DNA of 64,000 nt from Sedimentisphaerales bacterium (GCA_963666285.1 OY762711.1); one strand, 5' to 3'. Shown: positions 32,165 through 42,187, counted from the first letter of the stretch. Numbers and translations: made by a program. The notes: generated by a model not told the origin, from the letters alone.

Positions 32165-32743
32165 TTATCGAACAAACCCTATTCTTGATGGAGGCCATAT
32201 AATCAGCCATGCCCTTCCTTCAATATCTTTTTTCTTCACCAAACCAGTAAAGCGACTATCATAAGAGTCAATATTATCATCACCAAAAGTGAAATAACCG
32301 TTTTCGCACAGTACCTGCTTACCATTATGAAGCGATCCAACACCATAATATTTTAAGAAATCCAGATGAGCCGGACGTTCAACAGGCTTTCCATTAATGC
32401 AAGCCCAATGTTCTTCTATTGATACAGTTTCGCCAATTAAACCAACTACCCGTTTCATGACGATTGTACCTATCTCATCTTTCAATGGATATTTAACGAT
32501 TTCCCACCTATGAGGATCTCTAAAACAATAAGAGACTTTTTCAGTTAATACATAATCCTGTTGAGTATCCCAAGTTCCTTGAAGTGTTGGTTTCATAGAA
32601 TCAGATGTTATAACCGAAAGGTCAAAACAAAAACTGTAAACTACATACATTAAACCAATAACTGCAAAGACGTTACGAAAAAAACGAAATAGTTTCCCTA
32701 TTATGCCAGATTTGTTTTTCGACAAATTATCACTCTTGTTCAA
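32165..32743 (-). CDS. lepB: Signal peptidase I (S26)
   Basis: SDSMKPTL (catalytic Ser), MKRVVG (catalytic Lys), GDD..DSYDSRF.G; may be an accessory paralogue. Confidence 0.9.
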   Translation of the reverse strand: MNKSDNLSKNKSGIIGKLFRFFRNVFAVIGLMYVVYSFCFDLSVITSDSMKPTLQGTWDTQQDYVLTEKVSYCFRDPHRWEIVKYPLKDEIGTIVMKRVVGLIGETVSIEEHWACINGKPVERPAHLDFLKYYGVGSLHNGKQVLCENGYFTFGDDNIDSYDSRFTGLVKKKDIEGRAWLIIWPPSRIGFVR

Positions 32744-33005
32744 GCTTCACCTGCTCTTTTTCTAATTGCTCTTGCTGAATAGCTGCTTCAAACTCAGCTT
32801 CTCTTTCTTCCAGCTTAATACGGGAAGATCTTGTAGCACCAGGCAAAGGATGAGCTACTGGCAAAATTATAGAAAACGCCAAACCTCCTAAGGCAACAAC
32901 AGCACCATAAGATACTATTCTATTGACCGCCCTTTTAACAGGCTTTAACTCAGTATTTTTAGTTTCATCATTATTTACATCTTCGATATGTTCTTTATCA
33001 TTCAT
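32730..33005 (-). CDS. Small single-TM protein with acidic coiled-coil tail (91 aa)
   Basis: Start MNDKEH at 33005, 5 nt below the rSAM stop; overlaps the signal peptidase start. Confidence 0.7.
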   Translation of the reverse strand: MNDKEHIEDVNNDETKNTELKPVKRAVNRIVSYGAVVALGGLAFSIILPVAHPLPGATRSSRIKLEEREAEFEAAIQQEQLEKEQVKLEQE

Positions 33006-33010
33006 TATAT

Positions 33011-34066
33011 TTATTCCATAATAATTTGTTTTAATATTTTTTCTGTTTCTTCCAGACACCATTGATTGAATAAGCATAGCAGCAAATCAGGTTTACCAGG
33101 CGAGCCAGACCTGATATAATTACAACACCCGCAAGTCGTCTTACACTGACTGAAAATACCACATTGCTTACAAGTACTTACATCTCTTATATCGCGAGGT
33201 TCACCAAAAAGAAAATCACTCCCCTCGAATACATTCCCCTTAAGTTTCATAGGATTTTCTGGCTGGTCGCCATCAATCAATCTTTCACATGGATATAGGT
33301 TCCCATTTGGTGTAACTGCTATATCTCCTTTACCAAAACCGCATTTGCGAACTTTATTTGCAGCATCAGATAATCTGACAGTCATATCATCAAACCAGCT
33401 AATATGTTTACCGGGCAACCCAGAGAGCCATAATTTACTACAATCCTTAACAGCTTGTCTTAAAACATCCATTGCAGTGTTATCCCAGTAGGCCCAAAGA
33501 TCAAGAGAAAGTTCTATATTATTGCATCCTATTTTTTGAAGACTCAATACATTATCAGATAATCTATCAATATTCTTGGGTGTTACTACAACAATAACAG
33601 GTATATGTTTGTCAAATGATCGTAATCTCTTATAATTACCAACAACTATTTCATAACTACCGGTGCCGTCTGCAAATTTACGATTCTCGTTATGAGTTTG
33701 CTCATCACCATCAATGCTAAAAGCAATATCAACATTTGAACTAAGCATAATATTTTTAGATTTTTGATCCAGTATTGTTCCGTTTGTTGTTATATTTACA
33801 GTTAATTTAACATCAAAATCTCTAGCAGTATCTTCAGCATATTGGATAATTTCACTTAAAAGATCGGGTTCAAGGAATGGTTCGCCTCCAAATAAGCCCA
33901 GCTCAAGACACCCACCTGGTGAAATAGAGACAATAGCTCGGTCAATGGCTTTTTTGGCCAAATCCAAAGGCATGACATTATTTGATTTGCCACTAATATA
34001 GCAATAGTTACAATCAAGATTGCATGCCTGGGTTACCATTAATGTTAGACCAAAACGACTATACAT
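33011..34066 (-). CDS. Radical SAM protein with SPASM domain
   Basis: CNLDCNYC motif, FGGEP, C-terminal CGFG..AVTPNGNLYPC..CKQC..C...CGCC..C. Confidence 0.92.
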   Translation of the reverse strand: MYSRFGLTLMVTQACNLDCNYCYISGKSNNVMPLDLAKKAIDRAIVSISPGGCLELGLFGGEPFLEPDLLSEIIQYAEDTARDFDVKLTVNITTNGTILDQKSKNIMLSSNVDIAFSIDGDEQTHNENRKFADGTGSYEIVVGNYKRLRSFDKHIPVIVVVTPKNIDRLSDNVLSLQKIGCNNIELSLDLWAYWDNTAMDVLRQAVKDCSKLWLSGLPGKHISWFDDMTVRLSDAANKVRKCGFGKGDIAVTPNGNLYPCERLIDGDQPENPMKLKGNVFEGSDFLFGEPRDIRDVSTCKQCGIFSQCKTTCGCCNYIRSGSPGKPDLLLCLFNQWCLEETEKILKQIIME

Positions 34067-34177
34067 ATAAATTCCATAAGAAATAAAGAGTTATGAAAAC
34101 ACATAACAACACAGAGAAAATTACCACAGGCAATCTATCAGGCTATATTATATATATAACACAACATCAGAAAAAAA

Positions 34178-35074
34178 TCAATTAAAGTCATTAATATTTA
34201 TTCCGGCATTAGTAAAAACTTTCTTCAATTTCGTACAGTTCATAGATACATCGCCAATACGGGGCGGGCCGTTTTGTTCTTCATGCCGGAGGATACCTTT
34301 GAGCAGATGCGGCGGGCAATGGTATTTATCCCGGACATACTCCCCTATTTGATAGAGAGACCAGGATCGGTTGCCGCCGAAATGATAGATACCCTGGATA
34401 TCGAGCGATAAAACAGCGAAAGCCATCTCGGCAATCTGGTCGCACCAGGGGCAAGAGCGAAACTCATCATGGAAAAGGGTAACCGGTCGATCTTTGGTAA
34501 GGCGGCTCTTGACCCAATCGATAGCACCTTTGTCGCCGGTGACCGAATCGCCAAGCGGCAGGCCGAGCCGGATAATGGTATTATCGGGGATATTTTCGAT
34601 GATCTGTTCTGCCTGGTAAAATGTCTTGCCGGCGACACTAACCGGGTCCGGGATATGCTGTTCGGAATAGCCGTCAGCGGGAGGGTTATTGCCGGAGAAT
34701 ACCAGGTCGGTACTCATATAAATAATGCGGCATTGTGTGCCGAAGACATCGGCGATAGCGCGGGCACCGTTAACGTTGAGATCATAGGCCCATTCCGGTC
34801 GTTCTTCGCAGATATCGAGGTCGCAGACGCCGGCAGAATGGATAACGACGTCAGGTTGAAACTCAGCATTTATATCTCTCAGCTCTGCGGCATCGGTGAT
34901 ACACATCGGGATAATATTACTGGCGGAGATATATCTGGTTTTGGGCGGGCAGATACCGAGCAGGTTGTCTTCATCGAAATGTTTTTGCAGGGCCTGCCAG
35001 ATGGGCCAGCCGTGGATGGATGTTATGCCGGTAGCGAGGATTTTTTTAGATGTCAGATTGAATTGTAGCTGCAA
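34178..35074 (-). CDS. RmlD-like extended SDR (atypical motifs)
   Basis: PDVVIHSAG, STDLVFSG, LFHDEFR; YxxxK is degenerate. Confidence 0.7.
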   Translation of the reverse strand: MQLQFNLTSKKILATGITSIHGWPIWQALQKHFDEDNLLGICPPKTRYISASNIIPMCITDAAELRDINAEFQPDVVIHSAGVCDLDICEERPEWAYDLNVNGARAIADVFGTQCRIIYMSTDLVFSGNNPPADGYSEQHIPDPVSVAGKTFYQAEQIIENIPDNTIIRLGLPLGDSVTGDKGAIDWVKSRLTKDRPVTLFHDEFRSCPWCDQIAEMAFAVLSLDIQGIYHFGGNRSWSLYQIGEYVRDKYHCPPHLLKGILRHEEQNGPPRIGDVSMNCTKLKKVFTNAGININDFN

Positions 35075-35099
35075 AGTTATTCAAACAGGTCAAATAAGG

Positions 35100-35477
35100 T
35101 TATGGTTTAAATATTTTTAATTCTATTTCCGCTATTGCCTTGTAGTGTTTACGGTTAGCAGTACATAATACAATTTGATTTTCTACTGCCGTAGCAGCTA
35201 ATAAAGCATCAGCCATACACATACCGTTTTTCAGGCAATATTCTTCCATATATACACTAGCCCTATGACCAATATTTTCGGTAAGAGGCAAAATTTCAAA
35301 ACCAGCCTCTTTTAGAAAAGAGCGAATTAATTTCGTTTCACGTTTATCTCTTGCTCCCTGCAATAATTCCATATAGACCACAGTAGAAATATATCTCACA
35401 TCTGAATTCTGGATTACCTGGGCAGCTTTGCCATTCCCACGCAGATACCAAATAATAATATCCGTGTCAAATAGCAT
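35100..35477 (-). CDS. vapC: PIN-domain toxin VapC
   Basis: FDTDII, ELLQG, DALLAATA, T.NRKHY. Confidence 0.9.
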   Translation of the reverse strand: MLFDTDIIIWYLRGNGKAAQVIQNSDVRYISTVVYMELLQGARDKRETKLIRSFLKEAGFEILPLTENIGHRASVYMEEYCLKNGMCMADALLAATAVENQIVLCTANRKHYKAIAEIELKIFKP

Positions 35478-35706
35478 CTACTCTACCCTTTCTGATATTT
35501 CTTACAGCCTTATCAACATCTTCCTCTCTATTTGACCACATGCCAAAAGCCGGGTTAAGGGTAATATCATTTTCATATTGCTTTGTAATAGGCACAATCA
35601 AAGCCTTGTCTTTTCCGCGATATGTTAATTTTACAGTCTCGTTCATTTCCAGAGCAGTAATAACCTTGCTCATATGTTTCCGTAAATCCAGGATTGAAGC
35701 TTCCAT
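35467..35706 (-). CDS. Phd/YefM-type antitoxin
   Basis: 79 aa, overlaps vapC; DLRK..V.LTYRGK, AFGMW tail. Confidence 0.85.
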   Translation of the reverse strand: MEASILDLRKHMSKVITALEMNETVKLTYRGKDKALIVPITKQYENDITLNPAFGMWSNREEDVDKAVRNIRKGRVDAI

Positions 35707-35730
35707 AATACAATATTCCTTTCACGACAA

Positions 35731-35753
35731 AGTGTACACTTATAGTATACACT
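35731..35753. promoter_or_regulatory. Tandem palindromic operator of the TA operon
   Basis: AGTGTACACT and AGTATACACT just upstream of the antitoxin start. Confidence 0.6.
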
Positions 35754-36010
35754 ACATTCGGGCAAAATCAAAGTTGAATTTAGAAAAACCTCAATACAAA
35801 AGCTGTTTATCACGATAACTTAATGATATTCAATAATTTGTGGCTAGAGCAATTTAATTTCTTATATTCGCTTTTTGCCTGTTACGGTTTCGGCTGACTT
35901 CATCAGAAATACTCGCAATATATGAATATTAAAGTACTCTAATAAACATAAGCAGCAAACAGGCATCACTTCAGACATGACAGTTAACAATAATTACATG
36001 ATTTCTAATC

Positions 36011-36406
36011 CTACACCTGAGTCCAGACCATCGGCTCATTTCGTTTGGCAAACTGGATGGCGAGCCCCCACGGGTCGCGGAGCATGGCAAGCCGGTCGCC
36101 GTTGATAATTTCCGGACCGGAAACTATGGCTGCCCCGGCAGCAGTAAGACGCTCGACAGTTTCTGGGATATCATCGCAGCAGAACGCAATATGCATCAGC
36201 AGCGGGTCCATCGAAGCATAGTCCGGTGTCTGCACTTTCGGATTGTTGTATATCTCGAGCATGACCTGACCGGTGGAATCGACAAGGAACCGGACAGGCA
36301 CGGGACTGTCGGCTGACCGTTTGACAGAAAATCCGAGGTTGGCACAGTACCAATCGGCACAAGCGGCAGGATCATTTACCTGGTAAGCAAAATGTTCAAT
36401 TTTCAT
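36011..36406 (-). CDS. VOC/glyoxalase family protein
   Basis: IEHFAY.V, HIAF, RDPWG.AIQ. Confidence 0.88.
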   Translation of the reverse strand: MKIEHFAYQVNDPAACADWYCANLGFSVKRSADSPVPVRFLVDSTGQVMLEIYNNPKVQTPDYASMDPLLMHIAFCCDDIPETVERLTAAGAAIVSGPEIINGDRLAMLRDPWGLAIQFAKRNEPMVWTQV

Positions 36407-36417
36407 TACTCTATCTC

Positions 36418-36969
36418 CTATTCTAAGTTATAGTCAAAATCTTCTCGTTTATCGGCAACGTATTTAGCCAGCAGCAAAATCCAGTTATCCTGGCAGCTTC
36501 TGAAATTGGCTTCGGCCTGCTGCAGGGTTTGCTGCTGCTGGGGAGTGAGAGCGGCGAGCCGATTTTTTCGGACGGGAATATCAGCGAGCAGGCATTCTGT
36601 GCCGACGACCGCTACCATCTGCTGGGCAAAGCCGGCAATCTGGGCGGCGCCAACAGCACGAAAGGAATTTGGCACATCGATAACAAACCGGCAATCGGTC
36701 AAGCTGGTAATCATAGCACTGAAACTGCCGGTATTATTAAGCTGGACATACAGCTGATCGATACAATAGATTGCCTTTTGGACCCTGGTGAGTTTTTCGT
36801 AGCCAACGGCCATTTTGAGTTGGCCGACTTTTTTGACGGCAACAGTGAAGAACCTGCCGGGATTGATCATTTCATTGCCAGGCGTCAGCAGCATTTTATC
36901 GTTACTAAGCCGCTGGAGATACCAGGCACCGGCGGCCAGAATAATCGCACCTATAACTATAAACCACAT
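36418..36969 (-). CDS. Membrane-anchored DUF4375/DMP19-like protein
   Basis: N-terminal TM; QLNN.G.F..; F.AVGA...A pattern. Confidence 0.45.
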   Translation of the reverse strand: MWFIVIGAIILAAGAWYLQRLSNDKMLLTPGNEMINPGRFFTVAVKKVGQLKMAVGYEKLTRVQKAIYCIDQLYVQLNNTGSFSAMITSLTDCRFVIDVPNSFRAVGAAQIAGFAQQMVAVVGTECLLADIPVRKNRLAALTPQQQQTLQQAEANFRSCQDNWILLLAKYVADKREDFDYNLE

Positions 36970-36979
36970 AATAATCTCT

Positions 36980-38230
36980 CTATTGAATTAGTTCCTTTAC
37001 TCTCATAACAATATACAAAACCGCGAACCCGGTGAGGACAATAATGCCAAGGATACTGAGCAGGTGGAGCCATTTGGGCAGCCTGGCCTCTGCCGGGATA
37101 TCTTTTGAGGTAATAACTTTATAATTAAGAACTGCAAGAATTGGAGTAAGGACAAATGACAGAATAGTAGCAATATCAACCATAGCAGTCATTGTTTTTT
37201 TGAAAACACCAAGCAGCAGTACAGCGCCTAAAATTGTCACTAATATCCAGAACAAATAACTACTCTCATCAGAGTCGTCGCCTTTCATTATTAACGAAGT
37301 AGATTTTGACAAGACTCGACCGTAAGCATCGAGGCAGGTAATAGTAGTTGAAAACATGGTGGCAACCGCGGCGGTTGCGATAAGGTACCTGCTCCAACCG
37401 CCTATAGTATTGGCATAAAGATCGATAAGCTGGCCGGAAAAAATTGCGGCTTTTTGTGAGAATACCTCGCCGCTGCCAAACATAACCAGAGCACCCAAAG
37501 CCAGGAAACAGAGAGCGACAAACAAAGTTCCGATATATCCGACATTGAAATCGAATAATGCGTTTTTTAAGGTAGTAGCATCAGGATTGGATTTGCGTTT
37601 TTCGGTAGTCCAGATCGAGCTCCAGATAGCAACGTCAAGCGGGGCCGGCATCCAGCCGCATAAAGCGATAATAAACCCAATACCGGCAGGCCATATCTGC
37701 AGAGCTTCGGCCTCTACCTGATTCGGAGAATATGTAACGGCCGCGGCAATAACGGCAACCGTAGTAGCGGCGGTGAGAAATATGACAACGTATTTGATAA
37801 TCGAATCCAGCAGGTTGTAGTGCCCGAGAATAAGTATCGCGGTACAGCCAACAAGAATTGCGGCACTAACATATTCAGTTTTAACCTCGGTACCTACAAA
37901 CCAGCAGACGATACCGCTGGTAATCAAAGTTACCACAGCCTGGATGGGAAACATCGTGGCAACCGTAACAAATAAGAATAGATAAAAGGCCCAGTTGCCG
38001 AGTTTTTTGTAGCCGGTAAGAAGAGAATGACCGGTAGTAGCGGCATAACGCGGGGCTATCTCAAAAAATGGATATTTGAAGAGGTTTACAAGAATAACAA
38101 CAGAGACGAGGGCAAAGCCATAGTCGGCACCGGCACGGGTAGACTGGACCAGATGCGAAACACCAATTGAGGCACCGGCCCAAAGCAGGCCCGGCCCAAG
38201 AATAGACATAATTTGAGAAAGTTTTTTCAT
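36980..38230 (-). CDS. NRAMP-like divalent cation transporter
   Basis: LGPGLLWAGASIGVSHLVQSTRAGA, KYPFFE, 11-12 TMs. Confidence 0.85.
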   Translation of the reverse strand: MKKLSQIMSILGPGLLWAGASIGVSHLVQSTRAGADYGFALVSVVILVNLFKYPFFEIAPRYAATTGHSLLTGYKKLGNWAFYLFLFVTVATMFPIQAVVTLITSGIVCWFVGTEVKTEYVSAAILVGCTAILILGHYNLLDSIIKYVVIFLTAATTVAVIAAAVTYSPNQVEAEALQIWPAGIGFIIALCGWMPAPLDVAIWSSIWTTEKRKSNPDATTLKNALFDFNVGYIGTLFVALCFLALGALVMFGSGEVFSQKAAIFSGQLIDLYANTIGGWSRYLIATAAVATMFSTTITCLDAYGRVLSKSTSLIMKGDDSDESSYLFWILVTILGAVLLLGVFKKTMTAMVDIATILSFVLTPILAVLNYKVITSKDIPAEARLPKWLHLLSILGIIVLTGFAVLYIVMRVKELIQ

Positions 38231-38562
38231 AACTCAGGCCATATGATAAACGCTATACAATTTAGAATTAGCAGAATCACAAAAATCCTACAATATAATC
38301 TTACTCTATTTCTTTTTTTAACAACAATAATCAATGACAATACACTTGTTACACTAGTAGCCAAAAATCCTGGCACAAGCATAGCCCAAGCGCCGCTGTA
38401 ATCTGGTCCGCATTGAAAATAATTTGTATACCCCCAGAAACAAATAACACATGAAATTACAAAAAGGAAAATAATAATACCTTCATAGATTATACTAATA
38501 TTTTCGTTATTGTTATACATATGTCCTTCATTAGGAATATAATTTCTCGACAACATATTCAT
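38227..38562 (-). CDS. Small hydrophobic membrane protein
   Basis: Three hydrophobic segments, tightly coupled to both neighbours; start uncertain. Confidence 0.5.
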   Translation of the reverse strand: MNMLSRNYIPNEGHMYNNNENISIIYEGIIIFLFVISCVICFWGYTNYFQCGPDYSGAWAMLVPGFLATSVTSVLSLIIVVKKRNRVRLYCRIFVILLILNCIAFIIWPEL

Positions 38563-38564
38563 TT

Positions 38565-39149
38565 TTAACTACGTACAAATTCAATCAGTAAATCATATTC
38601 GCCATTATCGGCAACTCTAAGAGCATCAATATATTTTTTTCTTACATCAACAGTAGAGCTCAAACCGGCACTACCCCAGGTAAATGGCAGCTGTCTAAAT
38701 GTATATTCCAATAATATATCAGCCATAAGCCGGGCATGTCTGCCGTTGCCATTGGGAAAGGGATGTATTAAAACAAGCTTATGATGGAATCGGGCAGCAA
38801 TTTCATCATAAGAAAAAACACTATGCTCTATCCAATACTTTACATCATCGCAAAGTTTTTTCAACTCTACAGAGACATAAAACTTCGAAATACCAATATT
38901 TTTATCGGTGGTTCTAAAAGTTCCAGCCCATTTCCAGACATTACCAAACATTCTTTTATGTAATTCTTTCATAAAAGATTCAGAAAGAACATTTACAGGC
39001 TTTCGATCTTCCAACCAGCCGATAGCTTCGTTTATATTGTCCTGTTCCCACCTGTCAAGCTCAGCACGATTTGTAATATGTGAGAGCAGTAACCCTTCTG
39101 TTTCATTTGGGTCCAAAGGAGTGGCACCTTCAGAATAATCATAATCCAT
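38565..39149 (-). CDS. Mobile mystery protein B (Fic domain)
   Basis: GATPLDP..E.L N-terminus; HPFPNGNGRHAR Fic motif. Confidence 0.92.
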   Translation of the reverse strand: MDYDYSEGATPLDPNETEGLLLSHITNRAELDRWEQDNINEAIGWLEDRKPVNVLSESFMKELHKRMFGNVWKWAGTFRTTDKNIGISKFYVSVELKKLCDDVKYWIEHSVFSYDEIAARFHHKLVLIHPFPNGNGRHARLMADILLEYTFRQLPFTWGSAGLSSTVDVRKKYIDALRVADNGEYDLLIEFVRS

Positions 39150-39616
39150 TATTTACAATCCCACAATGATCTTGGCATTTTTTCAACTATGTCTTCTGCA
39201 AGCATTTCAGCAGCCCGTTGTTTTTCCTTGCTATTTAATTCCTGTTTTTCCAATCTCATAAGTTGATTACTGCGTGTCATTCTCTTATCGGCTACTTTTG
39301 CCGCCTGTTGTTTAACAATCTGGTCAAGGCTGCCTTTTGCAACAAAGCCATATACAAACGTACAGTCCATAGCTTCTGCAACTTCGCGCATAGTAGCCAA
39401 AGTAACCTTGCCAAGATTTTCATCTTTTTCGATTCTGGCAACCCGCTGCTGGTTAACACCAAGCCTGGCGGCCAGCTGCCTGCCAGTCATACCAAGAGAA
39501 TCGCGAATAGCGCGTATCCAGCCCTTACGGGGAACAGAAAAAGAATCAGCCGAGGCGAATTTCTGCATGGCGATGTCTAATTGCTCACGAGCAATTTTTG
39601 TCTGTTTTGCATTCAT
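39149..39616 (-). CDS. Mobile mystery protein A (XRE HTH)
   Basis: GWIRAIRDSLGMT..QLA.RLGV, M.LE.Q, LWD end. Confidence 0.92.
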   Translation of the reverse strand: MNAKQTKIAREQLDIAMQKFASADSFSVPRKGWIRAIRDSLGMTGRQLAARLGVNQQRVARIEKDENLGKVTLATMREVAEAMDCTFVYGFVAKGSLDQIVKQQAAKVADKRMTRSNQLMRLEKQELNSKEKQRAAEMLAEDIVEKMPRSLWDCK

Positions 39617-39638
39617 ATTTGCGTATCCTAAGATTATT

Positions 39639-39720
39639 TACTATATATTTATAGTACATATCGGAATGCATACTACATATATATAGTATATTTTATAAAT
39701 CTTACTACATATTTATAGTA
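39639..39720. promoter_or_regulatory. Three 18-bp palindromic operators at 32-bp spacing
   Basis: TACTA-N8-TAGTA at 39639, 39671 and 39703. Confidence 0.7.
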
Positions 39721-39823
39721 AAAACAAACAAATACAAACACCAACTAACAACGATATTCTCATAAGCACATATTTTTATGTTATTTATGTAAATATAACA
39801 TTTTTTTGTTTTGTTTAAAATCA

Positions 39824-40684
39824 CTAGTGAAACGAGCTATTTACCCGGCTAGAGGCAGAACCGTCGTCCTGGTCGTAGATTATCGGGTCGGTGCTGTCGC
39901 TATTGACCCTGATGCGTTCGAGCTTAAGTGTCTTGCCGGTGTGGCTATCGATAGTAGCGATAATGCCGTTAACCCGCAGGTCGCGAGAGGCGATGCTGTA
40001 CTGGAACGGCATCTGGGTAACGAGACTTTTTACGACCGGTTCGATATTGCGACCAAGAACCGATTCGTGCGGTCCGGTCATGCCGATATCGGTAATGTAG
40101 CCGGTGCCGCCGGGGAATATTTCTTCGTCAGCGGTCGGGATATGGGTATGAGTGCCGAAAACCAGGCTGGCCTTGCCGTCGAGGAAACGTCCGAGCGCAA
40201 CTTTCTCGCTGGAGGCTTCGGCATGCATTTCGACAATGATTACCTTGATATGTTCGGGCAAGCGAGCGAGAATTTTTTCGATAGCAAGGAACGGGTTGTC
40301 GCCGGGAGTGTTCATATATAGTCTGCCGAGCAGAACAACAACAGCTATATCACAGCCATTTTCGGTATGGTAAATTGCATAACTTTTACCGGCTGCCTGG
40401 ATAGCCATATTCGCCGGACGAATGATATTGTCGGCTTTTTCCAAAACCGGAATGATATCTTTCTTGCGGAAGACATGGTCGCCCAAGGTAATGACATGTA
40501 CGCCGTATTTCTGGAGCTTGTCATATATCTGCGGGGTAATTCCGGAGCCGCCGGCGGAATTTTCGGCATTGGCAATGACACAATCGATCTGATGTTCCTT
40601 GACCAAAACCGGGAGAGCTTCTGATAGAACCTGTCGGCCGGGCCGCCCGACTACATCGCCAATACATAGCACTTTAATCTGCAT
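39824..40684 (-). CDS. ymdB: YmdB/TIGR00282 metallophosphoesterase
   Basis: GDVVG.PG, NAEN, HAEASSEK, GTHTH, TDIGMTG; start MQIKVLCIG at 40684. Confidence 0.92.
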   Translation of the reverse strand: MQIKVLCIGDVVGRPGRQVLSEALPVLVKEHQIDCVIANAENSAGGSGITPQIYDKLQKYGVHVITLGDHVFRKKDIIPVLEKADNIIRPANMAIQAAGKSYAIYHTENGCDIAVVVLLGRLYMNTPGDNPFLAIEKILARLPEHIKVIIVEMHAEASSEKVALGRFLDGKASLVFGTHTHIPTADEEIFPGGTGYITDIGMTGPHESVLGRNIEPVVKSLVTQMPFQYSIASRDLRVNGIIATIDSHTGKTLKLERIRVNSDSTDPIIYDQDDGSASSRVNSSFH

Positions 40685-41012
40685 AAGATATTCCTGAAGC
40701 TGTTCAAAAGTCTTGCAAGTCTCGACGAGAGCACTAAATAATGACAAAACTTCCAAAGCAATAGTAATATAGATATATTAAATATCATATCGGCAGTAAA
40801 GTAAAGTGAATTTACTTATCAGCCTAAAGCGTATAGCCAATAATTAGACAGGTGGTGTGAAAATATGACAGATTTGGCTTACATAGTGAAAGCAAAAAGG
40901 CAGGCACAAACATAACATATTACTACAAAACAACTTAGTACCACTAAATATATTTTCTATACCTGCACAGCCATACAATATATACCAGAGTAAAAACTAT
41001 TCGATGATCCCT

Positions 41013-41747
41013 TCACTCCCTCTTGAAACTGGTAAGTTCATCTTTAACTGTCAGATATAAATCATAAACCCATGCGACATCATTGTCGGGCATAATTTCC
41101 CTTTCACGAAAATCGTAAGGGGCGATTATTACCCTGGTATTTTCATAGCCGTTACAAGCGATAATATAAAACACTTCTTCAATTGCCTCATCACCGATAG
41201 GTATGCATCCGACAGTAACGTTAGAACCATGGATAAAGATGTCGTCGCCAGGGTCGTGTCGGCCCTCTAATTCGGCCATTTCAAGATCAAACTCATTGGG
41301 ATAGTTAAGCTCCATAGACAGATGGTAACTGCTGTTTGGATTGAGCGATTTAATCCGGTATATTCCTTCGGGAATCTGCCGGTCACCTCGCCGCAGCTTC
41401 GGGCCGGAATTACCTGACATGCCGGTAAACGGATATTCCTTAATAAATCGCCAGCTGCCGCTCTCGCCCTGCTTCCATAGCTCAAGTATCTGCTGATCCT
41501 TAACGGCAAGAATGGCAATCGGTCTACCATCTGTAATAGATTCAATATCCGGAAAAAGGTAACTTACCCTGCCATCCAAAGCATCAACCACATCATTAAC
41601 CGTACGCTTACCCATAACTAAAGCCTTACCACTCTGAACCATCCGGCTATCAATATTTACCACTATGAATAGCAAAATGAAAACAAAACCCACAACCAAA
41701 ATGAGCTTCAAACAAAAGATTGCTTTACTTTTATTTATATGTGACAT
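41013..41747 (-). CDS. L,D-transpeptidase family (YkuD; YafK/DpaA-like)
   Basis: GPKL..GD.Q.PEG.Y, IFIHGS..T.GC motif. Confidence 0.88.
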   Translation of the reverse strand: MSHINKSKAIFCLKLILVVGFVFILLFIVVNIDSRMVQSGKALVMGKRTVNDVVDALDGRVSYLFPDIESITDGRPIAILAVKDQQILELWKQGESGSWRFIKEYPFTGMSGNSGPKLRRGDRQIPEGIYRIKSLNPNSSYHLSMELNYPNEFDLEMAELEGRHDPGDDIFIHGSNVTVGCIPIGDEAIEEVFYIIACNGYENTRVIIAPYDFREREIMPDNDVAWVYDLYLTVKDELTSFKRE

Positions 41748-41822
41748 TGAAAATAAGATATTCTATTGCAAGCATAAATTCAATGCAGGAGTACTTTTAG
41801 CATAACACCTCAAGAATAATAC

Positions 41823-42053
41823 TCAAGACATCTCTCTTGGCAAAAATAAATAGATAAAGCTGCCAAAAATACCCAAAAACAGTATTAATAAAATACCAAT
41901 AATTCTATTAGTATCAGATAAATTTTTATTTGAAACACAATGAATCAAGGACCAAAGCCAAAGGCCAAATGCAGCAATTCCAATTAAACCTATCAAAATA
42001 ATCATCAGACTCCCGACAGCAAACAATGATGTAGACTCCATATTAAACTCCAT
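41823..42053 (-). CDS. PLDc N-terminal-like small membrane protein
   Basis: LW.WSLIHC..N.., ILLILFLGIFGS.IY pattern. Confidence 0.65.
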   Translation of the reverse strand: MEFNMESTSLFAVGSLMIILIGLIGIAAFGLWLWSLIHCVSNKNLSDTNRIIGILLILFLGIFGSFIYLFLPREMS

Positions 42054-42125
42054 TTTCCCTATTTTCAAACCTTATATTAGAGCAATTTATAGATATTACT
42101 TAAAAAGCAATATGTTTTCAACCAA

Positions 42126-42162
42126 TAAAAAAGCAGGCTGGGATTGAGCCGCAGCCTGCTTG
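42126..42162 (-). terminator. rny terminator
   Basis: AAGCAGGCTG..CAGCCTGCTT stem with a T-run on the minus strand. Confidence 0.75.
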
Positions 42163-42187
42163 AAATTTAGTTTTATAAATTGAGTAA

